From NCBI GenBank assembly GCA_963611815.1, contig CAVDSY010000017.1:350-64349 (forward strand): a stretch of DNA of 64,000 nt. The letters are read 5' to 3'. This DNA is from a bacterium. GTDB lineage: Bacteria > Bacillota_I > Bacilli_A > RFN20 > CAG-826. Both the position numbers and the translations under genes were made by a program. Each line of letters opens with the position of its first letter. The first letter of the stretch is position 1. The notes below the pieces were generated by a model that had not been told where the DNA came from, made no database searches, and saw only the letters and a program-made list of their open reading frames with translations. Of the stretch, positions 7,663 through 16,168 are shown one piece after another.

Positions 7663-9303
7663 ATGACCAAAGCGACCGTTTCTCAGGTATTCCACGGCGT
7701 CATGCCAAAGTTCAAAGAGGCCCTTTTGGCCGTTGTGCCGGTCGTGGCGGTGATGGTCATCATCCCCCTTTGCATCCCTGACATGAACCTCGAGATGGAT
7801 GGCTCCAAATTCGGGCCCGTCATGACCTCTTTGCTCATTTCGGTCGTCCCTTTGGTCCTCGGGACGACTTTGTTCAACGTCGGCGTAGAGAAGAGCCTCG
7901 TCAAGATAGGCGACATTGTGGGCACGCGCCTCACGAAGAAGAAAACGATTGGTTGGCTGCTTTTCATTGGCTTGCTGATGGGCGTTTTAGCTACTTTGGC
8001 AGAGCCGGATCTTTCTGTCTTGGCAAGCCGCATCTCTCCTAACGGGCCTGACTGGTCGCTCATCGTCATCTGCGCCGTAGGAGTTGGCATCTTCATGCTC
8101 GTGGCCCTGGTCCGGGTCATCTTCAACAAGCCTTTGAAGTATTGGCTCTCGATCGGCTACCTTTTCGTTTTCACTTTGGCGCTTTTCGCCGATAAATCCT
8201 TCTTCTCGATCGTCTTCGACGCGGGCGGGGTCACCACCGGCGTCGTTACCGTCCCCTTCATCATCGCGATCGGCGTCTCCGTGGCCAGAAGCCTCGGCGA
8301 CAATTCCGGCGGCGATTCTTTCGGTTACTCCGGCCTCTGCTCTTTGGGCACGGTTCTCGCCGTGCTCGTCTTCTCAATCATCCTGAAGAACACCGACGGC
8401 ATCGCTAGAATACAAGAGATACTCAAGACAAAGAACTTCTTCGAAGGCTTGGATGAGTTCGCCACGAAAGGCTATGGGGCCATCGATTCTTTCTACTTCA
8501 ACAATTTCCTTTCGGCTTTGAAAGACGTCTCCATCTCCATCGCCCCGATCACCGTCTTCTTCTTCGTATTCAACATTTTCCTCAAACTCCCCAAGAAGGA
8601 AGTCATCTCAATCCTCATCGGCCTCGTCTACACCTTCTTCGGCCTCATCTTCTTCCTGATGGGCGCCGAAAGCGGCTTCATCCCCGCTGGGAGCCAGTAC
8701 GGGGTCTATTTCTCTGATTCCTCTCGTCTGCCGCTTTTCTTGCTGATCGGGTTCTTGCTGGGCGCGGTGGCGATGCTCGCCGAGCCTTCCGTCAAGGTCT
8801 TGGCGGACAACGTTGCCGAGGTGAGCCACGGGGTCATCTCGGAAGTGACGATCTACGTTTTCCTTTGCATCGCGATTGGGCTAGCCATCGTCCTTAACAT
8901 CGTTCGCGTAAACTATCAGATCGATTATCTCTACTTCGCCGTCCCGATGTTTCTGGCCGCTTTGCTGCTCAGCTATTTCGTTCCGACCATCTACGTCGGC
9001 ATCGCGATCGACGCGGCGGGCGTGGCAACGGGCGCGATGGCCTCTTGCTTCTTCTTGCCGATGTTCCTTTCTTATGTTCAAACCGTCTCTAGCGGGGCTG
9101 AGAACTCCGGGGAGATGATAATGTCCTATGGCTTCGGGGTCGTCGGAATCATGTCGATGATGCCGATTCTCGCCATCGAACTGCTCGGCCTCTTCTCGCA
9201 GGTGAAGACCGAATTGCAGAACCATCAGGCGCTCAAGCGCGTCCTCGAGGAGGATGACAACCAGCTCATCCACCTCCCGCTTGGAGAGGAGGAAGGCCAA
9301 TGA
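7663..9303 (+). CDS. DUF1538-family polytopic membrane protein (two DUF1538 halves), putative transporter
   Basis: The start was set at ATG 7663, behind GGGAGG (7651-7656). The protein has about 12 or more hydrophobic segments with internal duplication. It is followed by two PII-like genes, as is typical for DUF1538 loci. Confidence 0.7.
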   Translation: MTKATVSQVFHGVMPKFKEALLAVVPVVAVMVIIPLCIPDMNLEMDGSKFGPVMTSLLISVVPLVLGTTLFNVGVEKSLVKIGDIVGTRLTKKKTIGWLLFIGLLMGVLATLAEPDLSVLASRISPNGPDWSLIVICAVGVGIFMLVALVRVIFNKPLKYWLSIGYLFVFTLALFADKSFFSIVFDAGGVTTGVVTVPFIIAIGVSVARSLGDNSGGDSFGYSGLCSLGTVLAVLVFSIILKNTDGIARIQEILKTKNFFEGLDEFATKGYGAIDSFYFNNFLSALKDVSISIAPITVFFFVFNIFLKLPKKEVISILIGLVYTFFGLIFFLMGAESGFIPAGSQYGVYFSDSSRLPLFLLIGFLLGAVAMLAEPSVKVLADNVAEVSHGVISEVTIYVFLCIAIGLAIVLNIVRVNYQIDYLYFAVPMFLAALLLSYFVPTIYVGIAIDAAGVATGAMASCFFLPMFLSYVQTVSSGAENSGEMIMSYGFGVVGIMSMMPILAIELLGLFSQVKTELQNHQALKRVLEEDDNQLIHLPLGEEEGQ

Positions 9304-9746
9304 GCTTCATCCACCGCAAAAAGACCGAAAAGACCAAGTCCAGCGCACCTCAGGCGCCCTTTGAGAAGAGGGAAAAGGTCTATGGACTCTCGCTTTTCTT
9401 CACCATCGTCACGCGCAACCAGTCCCATTATTACGAGACTGCCTATCAGAACGCCGGGGCCTCGATGTCGCTCACTTTCTACGCCCATTCCATGCCGCCG
9501 CAGGAGATCCTCGCGATCCTTGGCGACATGGAGACGAAGAAAGACATCGTCGTCACCGTCTGCCGCAATGAGCTTATCCCCACCCTCAAGCAAATCGCCT
9601 CCGAGCGTTTTGCCATTTCCAGGGCCGCCAAAGGCATCGCCTTCGCCTGCCCTATCGAAGCGGTGCAGGGAATCGCCGTCTATCGCTTCCTCGCCGACCA
9701 GAACAAAGAGATCCGCCTACAGGAGAAGAAACATGGAAGAAAATAA
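9300..9746 (+). CDS. Divergent PII-like small protein
   Basis: ATGA overlap with the DUF1538 stop. The predicted secondary-structure pattern is beta-alpha-beta-beta-alpha-beta (LSLFFTIVTRNQ...SMSLTFYAHS...DIVVTVCRNE...GIAFACPI). Confidence 0.55.
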   Translation: MSFIHRKKTEKTKSSAPQAPFEKREKVYGLSLFFTIVTRNQSHYYETAYQNAGASMSLTFYAHSMPPQEILAILGDMETKKDIVVTVCRNELIPTLKQIASERFAISRAAKGIAFACPIEAVQGIAVYRFLADQNKEIRLQEKKHGRK

Positions 9747-10092
9747 GGAAAAGAAAACCGTCGAGGCGAAGAAAAGCCTCATCCTCGCCATCGTCAACCA
9801 CGGCTTCAGCGACCTGGTGATGAACGCGGCCAGGAAAGCCGGGGCAAGAGGAGGCACCGTCAGCAGCGCCAGAGGCACCGCCGATCCCGAGATGGCTTCC
9901 TTTTACGGCATTACCCTGACGCCTGAGAAAGACATGGTCTACATGGTGGTGGACACCCCAGACCGCGACCGCATCATGGAAATGATTTACGAAGACGCCG
10001 GGCTAAAATCGAAAGGCAATGGCATCCTATTCTCCCTCCCCATCACCGACGCCGTCGGCTTGGAACCCGCTTCCAGCGGCGAAGAGAAGTGA
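9733..10092 (+). CDS. P-II family signal-transduction protein (non-GlnB subgroup)
   Basis: KSLILAIVNHGFSDLVMNAARKAGARGGTVSSARGT is typical of the PII-like proteins linked to DUF1538 genes. The start was set at ATG 9733, overlapping the preceding gene. Confidence 0.7.
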   Translation: MEENKEKKTVEAKKSLILAIVNHGFSDLVMNAARKAGARGGTVSSARGTADPEMASFYGITLTPEKDMVYMVVDTPDRDRIMEMIYEDAGLKSKGNGILFSLPITDAVGLEPASSGEEK

Positions 10093-10120
10093 CTTAAAGA
10101 GTTTTGCTTCTTTACGCACA

Positions 10121-10150
10121 AAAAAAGAAGGCCGACCGGCCTTCTTTTTA
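10121..10150. terminator. Bidirectional intrinsic terminator shared by the PII operon and the convergent antiporter operon
   Basis: aaaaaa, then stem gaaggcc (10127-10133), loop gacc, stem ggccttc (10138-10144), then ttttta. Confidence 0.7.
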
Positions 10151-10160
10151 TTGCTTTTGA

Positions 10161-11516
10161 TCAAACAGTTTTGGCGGTTTCGCAGCTGATTTCGCCGGCT
10201 TTTGTGAGGGCCATCTTCGTGATGAAAGGGCCGGTGAGCTCATAAATGAGGGTGCTTGTGAGGACGACGGCGACGATCATTGCCCCGATTGATTGGATCT
10301 CGGGGTTAGAGGATTCTCCGAAGAGGGTAGAGGCGGTGGTGGCTAGACCTATCGCGACGCCCGCCTGGGGGACGAGGGTGAAGCCGAGGTATTTCTTTAC
10401 CGTCGGCTCGGCGCGGGTGATCATCGCCCCACTGAAGGCGCCAAGCCATTTGCCGATGACGCGGCAGATGAGATAGACGATGGCGACGACGAGGACCATG
10501 TAGCCTTTGGAGAAAACGGTAAGGTCAAGCGAAGCGCCTGAGATCATGAAAAAGAGCATGTAGATGGGCGAGGTGAAACGATCCATGAAATCGAACACCT
10601 TCCCCGCGTCCCTCCCGAGGTTGCAGTAAAGTGCGCCCGCCATCATGCACATTAGCAAAGAGGAAAGCTCGAAGCCTCCACATTGGTCGAGGCGGAAGAG
10701 ATTGTAAAGTCCGACGCTTGCGAAGATGGAGAAAATCGCCCAAGTGACCCTGTTGGCCCTGGATTTGAAGTAGCGCGTCGCGAAGCTCATTACTAGGCCG
10801 AGAACTGCGCCGATAGCCAATGACAGGGCGATTTCAATCAGGGGCTTGCCCAGCATTTCATAGAGGTCGAAGTCACCTCCGGTGGCAATGGTGCGCGCGA
10901 TTTGGAAGAGGATCGCGAAGAAGATGAGCGCGGTCGCATCGTCCAAAGCAACGACCGGGAGCAAAGTGCTCACGACCGGCCCTTTGGCCTTGTATTGCTT
11001 GACGACCATGAGAGTGGCGGCCGGTGCGGTGGCGGCGGCGATGGCGCCCAAAGTCAGCACCAATGGCATGTCGACCTGCTCGGGGGCGATGAAATGGACG
11101 AGGAGGAGGCCGATGATCACGACGACCGAGGCAAGCCCCGATTCGAGGACGGTGATCCAAAGCACGCGCTTGCCAACGCATTTGATTGCGCTAAGTTTGA
11201 AGGAGGAGCCGATTGAGAAGGCGATGAAGCCCAAGGCGATTGAGGAGACCCAACTGAGGTAATCGGGCCCGTTTGTTTTGCCGTGAACATAGGTGTAGAG
11301 GGGGTTCAGCTCAGGCTTGGCGACGTCGGCAAAGCTGCTCACCTGGCTCCAGTCGACGAAGGCGAGCCCAAAGACGAAGGGGCCCATCAAAATGCCGGCG
11401 ATGATGTAGCCGGTGACGTTGGGGAGATGAAAAACCTTCATGAGGCGGGTGGAAAGCAGCCCCATCAAAAGAAGGCAGGCCACATAAAGGGTGACCGAGA
11501 AGAAATCGATGGCCAT
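10161..11516 (-). CDS. Cation:proton antiporter (CPA/Kef-type membrane domain) without a fused RCK/KTN domain
   Basis: 451 aa with about 12-13 TM segments and a Na+/H+-exchanger-family sequence pattern. The protein ends shortly after the last TM segment. Confidence 0.8.
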   Translation of the reverse strand: MAIDFFSVTLYVACLLLMGLLSTRLMKVFHLPNVTGYIIAGILMGPFVFGLAFVDWSQVSSFADVAKPELNPLYTYVHGKTNGPDYLSWVSSIALGFIAFSIGSSFKLSAIKCVGKRVLWITVLESGLASVVVIIGLLLVHFIAPEQVDMPLVLTLGAIAAATAPAATLMVVKQYKAKGPVVSTLLPVVALDDATALIFFAILFQIARTIATGGDFDLYEMLGKPLIEIALSLAIGAVLGLVMSFATRYFKSRANRVTWAIFSIFASVGLYNLFRLDQCGGFELSSLLMCMMAGALYCNLGRDAGKVFDFMDRFTSPIYMLFFMISGASLDLTVFSKGYMVLVVAIVYLICRVIGKWLGAFSGAMITRAEPTVKKYLGFTLVPQAGVAIGLATTASTLFGESSNPEIQSIGAMIVAVVLTSTLIYELTGPFITKMALTKAGEISCETAKTV

Positions 11517-11520
11517 AGAA

Positions 11521-11856
11521 TCAGAAAGACCCTTCGTAATCTTCGATGTCGCGGGAATACATGCCCCCGCGGATCGATTTGAAATCGTTGGTGTGGTCGC
11601 GGATCACTTTCTTCAGCTCATCGAGTTCAGTGTCGTCAACGACGAAAAGGCAGAACATCGCTTCTCCGTGGCTATGCAGCCTCTCGTAGGCGGCAAGGGA
11701 GAAGAAATGCGTGTCTTCCGGCTGATTGTCATCGTTTGCGTGGCGGAGAGAGGTGGTGTGCATGAGGGTACCGTTGTAGCCTTGCTTGCGGATCGATTCG
11801 AACACGTCGAGGGCGGATTCGCCGTTCTCGAGAATTAGATAGAGGACTTTTTTCAT
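11521..11856 (-). CDS. Small cytoplasmic protein of unknown function, possibly a PII-like ferredoxin fold
   Basis: The start was set at ATG 11856 (MKKVLYLILENGE). Its stop lies 4 nt before the antiporter start. The alternating beta/alpha pattern is similar to ORF 9300..9746. Confidence 0.5.
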   Translation of the reverse strand: MKKVLYLILENGESALDVFESIRKQGYNGTLMHTTSLRHANDDNQPEDTHFFSLAAYERLHSHGEAMFCLFVVDDTELDELKKVIRDHTNDFKSIRGGMYSRDIEDYEGSF

Positions 11857-11954
11857 TGGCCTATCCTTCTTTCGCACACATTGTAGGCGTGTGGGAGAAG
11901 GATGGTTAACAAAACCAAAAGAAAGCCCTCTCAATTTGCGCTAAGATAGGGCCC

Positions 11955-12674
11955 ATGGCAAAGCTGATTCTGCTGCGGCACGGGCAATCGACCTACAATC
12001 TCGAGAACCGTTTCACCGGTTGGAGTGAAGTGCCTCTAACTGAAAAAGGCAAGAAAGAGGCCAGGGAGGCGGGGAGAATGGCGAAGGCCGCTGACTTAAG
12101 GGTGGACGAATGCTACTGCTCCTTGCTTAGCCGCACTTATGTCAGCGCAGAGCTTTTCCTTGCCGAGCTTGGAATGGGTTTGAAGCCCATTCCGGATTGG
12201 CGGCTCAATGAACGGCATTACGGGGCTCTTCAAGGGAGAAGCCGTGAGGAATGCTCTTCGCAATACGGGGCTGCTCAGGTCGAGCGCTGGAGAAGAGGGT
12301 ATTTTGATTTGCCCCCTTTGCTTCAAGAAGGGGATTATAGATGCCCTTATAACGACCCTTATTTTCAAAGGTTCATAGCTGAGGGCGCTCTAAGAAAAGA
12401 GGATTGCCCAGTTGGCGAATCGCTTGAGATGACGGAGAAAAGAATAAAGCCGTTTTTGCGGGATAAAATTTATCCTGAATTGCAAAAAGACCGCAATATC
12501 CTTATATCAGCTCATGGGAATTCGATTCGTGCCATTCGCAAAATCCTCGCAAAAATACCAAATGACGCCATTTTTGCGCTTGAAATACCGTTTGGAACCC
12601 CTTATGTTTTCGAATTTACCCTCGATATTGCGGTTAAAAAAGAGGGCCCTCTTTCTAATTACCTTCCTTCCTAA
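11955..12674 (+). CDS. gpmA: 2,3-bisphosphoglycerate-dependent phosphoglycerate mutase
   Basis: The LILLRHGQSTYNLENRFTGW catalytic His motif and a second His motif (SAHGNSIRA) are present. Confidence 0.9.
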   Translation: MAKLILLRHGQSTYNLENRFTGWSEVPLTEKGKKEAREAGRMAKAADLRVDECYCSLLSRTYVSAELFLAELGMGLKPIPDWRLNERHYGALQGRSREECSSQYGAAQVERWRRGYFDLPPLLQEGDYRCPYNDPYFQRFIAEGALRKEDCPVGESLEMTEKRIKPFLRDKIYPELQKDRNILISAHGNSIRAIRKILAKIPNDAIFALEIPFGTPYVFEFTLDIAVKKEGPLSNYLPS

Positions 12675-12706
12675 GAAGGAAAAGGAGGTCTATACTACAT
12701 AGGCTT

Positions 12707-14197
12707 ATGCAAGACCCTGTTGTCAACGAAGAGCCAAAAGAAAAAAAGAAGAAGAGCGCGTTGCGCTACGTCCTCTATCTCTCCATCGTCTTGATCGCAA
12801 CTGCGCTTTCTTTGCTCCTTTCCCTTTGGGGGCAGGTCGATCAGGTCGTCGAATGCTTTAAATATTCCTTCCAGACAGCGAATGGATGGATGTACATGCT
12901 CATCATCGCCGGCTGCGTCGCCCTTTCTTATATGGTCGACGCGCTCATCATCCTCGTCTTCTGCCGCCTTTACACTCGCAACTACAAATACCATCAGGGC
13001 CTCGCCACCTCTTTGATCGGCCAGTTCTATAGCGACGTCACCCCGGGGGCTAGCGGAGGGCAGATCATGCAGGCTTACACGATGAAGAGCCAAGGCATCC
13101 CGGTTTCCAGCGCCGCCTCGATCCTCGTCATGTGGTTTATCCTTTATCAGACCGTTCTCATTGCCTTCGACCTTTTCGCTTTCGGCTTCGAATTCAACAA
13201 CATCATGGCCATTCCTGGCATCGAGTTCGATATTTTCTCCTGGCACGTCAACATCCCGATGGTCCCGATCATCATCTTCGGCTTCTTGCTCAACATCTCC
13301 GTCATACTTTTGCTTTTCCTTATGAGCTACAGCCACCATTTCCATAACTTCGTCTTGCATTACGCGATTGGTTTCCTCGGCAAGATCCACATCGGCAAGC
13401 TCCGTTTGCTCAAGAACCCAGATAAGACCAGAGAGAGCCTCCGCGTGCAGGTTGAGAATTTCAAGATCGAGCTCCGCCGCCTGCAGTCGAATGTCCCGGT
13501 TGTGCTCCTGCAGCTTTTCCTCTTCCTTCTTATGTTCCTTTTGCGTTTCTGCATCCCTTATCTTGCCGGTCTTGCCATGGGATACCATGACACCTTCTCG
13601 ATATCGCGCATGTTCGAGGCCTCCTTCCTCAGTGCCTTCCATCAGATGGTCACAGGCATTCTGCCTTTGCCTGGATCGGCTGGTGTCTCCGAGCTTTTCT
13701 ACGGTTATCTTTTCAAGAACTTCTTCACCCAGAACACGGCGGTCATCTCCTCCTCCCTCATCCTTTGGAGGACCGCGACCTTCCATCTTCCTTTGCTCGT
13801 CTGCGGCTTCGTCGCGGCCTTCTACAAGTCCCGCCCGAAGGAGTCCTTCCACAGCGCGAACAGAGAGACTTTCGTCACCTTGCAGCTAGAGACCTTCGAT
13901 GAGCGGAGAAAGAGCGCTGACACGATGTATGAGACCGCTCAGCTTTCCCGCCGCGCCATCCAAGACAAACTCCGCGCCACCACCAAGAGCGTTTTCGGCA
14001 AGAAAAAAGGCGCCGTCGGCGACAATTTGGAAGATTTCGATTCTTCTTTCGTGGAGGACCGGCAAAAGGAAGAAGAGGCCAAAAAGCAGGCGGAACCCTC
14101 CAAAAAGAGCGGCAAGAAAGTGAAGGCGAAAACCGTCAAGAAAGCTATCGATAAGAAGGGCAAGGAGCAGGATTCCTGGGAATCCTTCGACATCTGA
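12707..14197 (+). CDS. Flippase-like membrane protein (LPG_synthase_TM / TIGR00374 type) with a Lys/Glu-rich C-terminal tail
   Basis: Multi-TM protein with a conserved SDVTPGASGGQ-type motif. It has a roughly 110-aa charged tail. Its stop and the start of the following GT4 gene overlap. Confidence 0.65.
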   Translation: MQDPVVNEEPKEKKKKSALRYVLYLSIVLIATALSLLLSLWGQVDQVVECFKYSFQTANGWMYMLIIAGCVALSYMVDALIILVFCRLYTRNYKYHQGLATSLIGQFYSDVTPGASGGQIMQAYTMKSQGIPVSSAASILVMWFILYQTVLIAFDLFAFGFEFNNIMAIPGIEFDIFSWHVNIPMVPIIIFGFLLNISVILLLFLMSYSHHFHNFVLHYAIGFLGKIHIGKLRLLKNPDKTRESLRVQVENFKIELRRLQSNVPVVLLQLFLFLLMFLLRFCIPYLAGLAMGYHDTFSISRMFEASFLSAFHQMVTGILPLPGSAGVSELFYGYLFKNFFTQNTAVISSSLILWRTATFHLPLLVCGFVAAFYKSRPKESFHSANRETFVTLQLETFDERRKSADTMYETAQLSRRAIQDKLRATTKSVFGKKKGAVGDNLEDFDSSFVEDRQKEEEAKKQAEPSKKSGKKVKAKTVKKAIDKKGKEQDSWESFDI

Positions 14198-15372
14198 TGC
14201 GAATCGCTCTTTTCTCAGACACATACCCCCCGGAGATAAATGGGGTCGCAACCTCGACTTTCAATTTAAGGAAAACCCTCATCGCTCATGGCGACGAGGT
14301 TTTGGTGGTCACCACGAATCCTTTTACCAACAAAATAACTTATGAGGATGGCTTGCTGCGGATCCCCGGCATCTATCTCAAGAAGCTTTATGGCTACCGC
14401 TTTTCCAATTTCTACTCCAAGGAAGCGATGAAGATAATCGAGCGCTTCAAGCCTGAGATTGTCCATTGCCAGACCGACGTAGGCATCGGCATCTTCGGAA
14501 CGATAGTGGCCTCACGCTTCCATTGCGGGATGGTCTATACCTTCCATACGATGCTGGAGGATTACGCCTATTACATCACCCATGGCTATTTCGACCGCGC
14601 GGCGAGGGCCATCGTGCGCTTCTACTTCAAAGGACAGTCGGTCCGCTTCAACGAATTCATCGCGCCGAGCGACAAAATCAAAGATTATCTCCGCTCCATC
14701 CAGATCGACTCCTCAATCTCGGTGATTCCCACCGGAATCGAGCTCGATCGCTTTTCCAAAAGCAACCAGAATGACGCCGATGTCGCCGCTTTGAAGGCGA
14801 AACTTGGCATCGATCCTGAGGATTTCGTCGTTCTCTCATTGGGGAGAATCGCCAAGGAGAAAAGCATCGATGTGCTTCTTAAAGGGTATGCCAAATTCCT
14901 CCGCTCGCCGCAGAAGAGGAGGACGAAATTCCTCATCGTCGGCTGGGGTCCGGCCGAGGATGAGCTGAAGGAACTCGCTGGGCGGCTTGGAATTGAGGAC
15001 AACGTCATCTTCGGAGGGGCTTGCAAACCCGATGAGACGCAAAGGTATTATCATCTCGGCGATTGCTTCGTGAGCGCCTCCATCACCGAGACGCAGGGCC
15101 TCACCTTCATGGAGGCGATGGCTGCGGAGCTGCCGGTTTTGGCGAGGTATGACGATAACCTCGTTGGGACGATAAAAGAGGGCGAGACCGGGTTCTTCTT
15201 CAACAACGAAGACGATTTCGCCGAAAAGCTTTCCTTTCTCATCGATCTGCCTGAGGCGAAAAGAAGCAAAATAATAGAGGCTTCCTTGAAGGCCATCGAT
15301 CCGTATTCCATGGAAAAGTTTTATCAAAACGAAATGGGGGTGTACCGCCGTGTCTGGAAAGCCAACTGGTAA
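14197..15372 (+). CDS. GT4 glycosyltransferase, diacylglycerol glucosyltransferase-like (alMGS/CpoA type)
   Basis: The N-terminus MRIALFSDTYPPEINGVATS and the C-terminal E-x7-E region (ETQGLTFMEAMA) are present. Confidence 0.8.
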   Translation: MRIALFSDTYPPEINGVATSTFNLRKTLIAHGDEVLVVTTNPFTNKITYEDGLLRIPGIYLKKLYGYRFSNFYSKEAMKIIERFKPEIVHCQTDVGIGIFGTIVASRFHCGMVYTFHTMLEDYAYYITHGYFDRAARAIVRFYFKGQSVRFNEFIAPSDKIKDYLRSIQIDSSISVIPTGIELDRFSKSNQNDADVAALKAKLGIDPEDFVVLSLGRIAKEKSIDVLLKGYAKFLRSPQKRRTKFLIVGWGPAEDELKELAGRLGIEDNVIFGGACKPDETQRYYHLGDCFVSASITETQGLTFMEAMAAELPVLARYDDNLVGTIKEGETGFFFNNEDDFAEKLSFLIDLPEAKRSKIIEASLKAIDPYSMEKFYQNEMGVYRRVWKANW

Positions 15373-16168
15373 GACAGTCAAAGAAATAAAGAAGAAATCA
15401 TCCTCCGTCGTGGTGGTTCTCTCTGATGGAGAGAAGCTCAAGCTCTCCTTCTCTTCTTACACCGAATTCAGGCTGTATGAAGGAAAGACACTGAGCGAAG
15501 AGGAGCTCTCTTCCTTGCTTTCTTTCGAGAAAGAAGGCGAATTCTACGATTTTGCCCTGAAACTTCTCGGCAAAGACAATTACACCATCGCCTCGATGAG
15601 GGACAAACTCCTAGGCAAAGGGGCCGATGAAAGGCAGGCTTCCTCGATAATCGAGAGGCTCAAGAAAGAAGATCTCCTCAATGACGAGAGATACGCGAAG
15701 ATCTACGTCGAGGACATAGCCTCCTTGAGGCTGTTAGGCAAAAACAAGGTCCTCGCCGAACTGAAAAGGAAAGGCATCGAGGACGAGATCCTCTTCAATC
15801 TCGCCTTCCCTAGGGATAAGGAATTGGAGAAAGCCCGTTCCTCGGCTTTGCTGCTCAACAAGAAATACGCCAAAGCCGCCAACGCCGCCAAAAAAGACAA
15901 AGCCATCAGGGCGCTTCTTGTCAAAGGCTTCTCCTATGAGATCGCCGAGGAGGCCATTGAGGATACCTTGGTCATGAACGACAAGGACAGCGAGAAGGAA
16001 AGCCTCCAAAGGGATTTCGAGATCGCCTACGCGCGCGCCATCCATAAATATGAGAAAAGGAAAGCCCTCGAATCAGCCTTGAAATACCTATTGAGGAAAG
16101 GCTATTCCTACGAGGACATCATCCCATTGATCAATTCGAAAAAGCAGGAGGAAGACCATGATTTCTGA
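15350..16168 (+). CDS. recX: RecA regulator RecX
   Basis: Repeated three-helix RecX pattern (long Firmicutes form, 272 aa). The GTG start overlaps the GT4 gene. Confidence 0.7.
   Translation: MSGKPTGKTVKEIKKKSSSVVVVLSDGEKLKLSFSSYTEFRLYEGKTLSEEELSSLLSFEKEGEFYDFALKLLGKDNYTIASMRDKLLGKGADERQASSIIERLKKEDLLNDERYAKIYVEDIASLRLLGKNKVLAELKRKGIEDEILFNLAFPRDKELEKARSSALLLNKKYAKAANAAKKDKAIRALLVKGFSYEIAEEAIEDTLVMNDKDSEKESLQRDFEIAYARAIHKYEKRKALESALKYLLRKGYSYEDIIPLINSKKQEEDHDF

Noticed and set aside
9361-10092. A 243-aa ORF extending the second PII gene upstream across the first PII gene.
   Set aside because: The N-terminal 120 residues are a Pro/Ser/Arg-rich off-frame reading of ORF 9300..9746. A proper ATG at 9733 gives a normal-length PII protein.
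12695-13852. Long antisense ORFs opposite well-supported genes. Examples: 12695..13852 (385 aa), 18715..19635 (306 aa), 39201..40187 (328 aa, opposite recA), 61898..62671 (257 aa, opposite pepF), 20834..21541 and 43304..43819.
   Set aside because: The opposite strand encodes proteins with clear conserved motifs. The antisense translations are low-complexity (Asp/Glu/Gly/Arg/Val-rich) with no recognisable motifs, which is typical of shadow ORFs in moderately GC-rich coding DNA.
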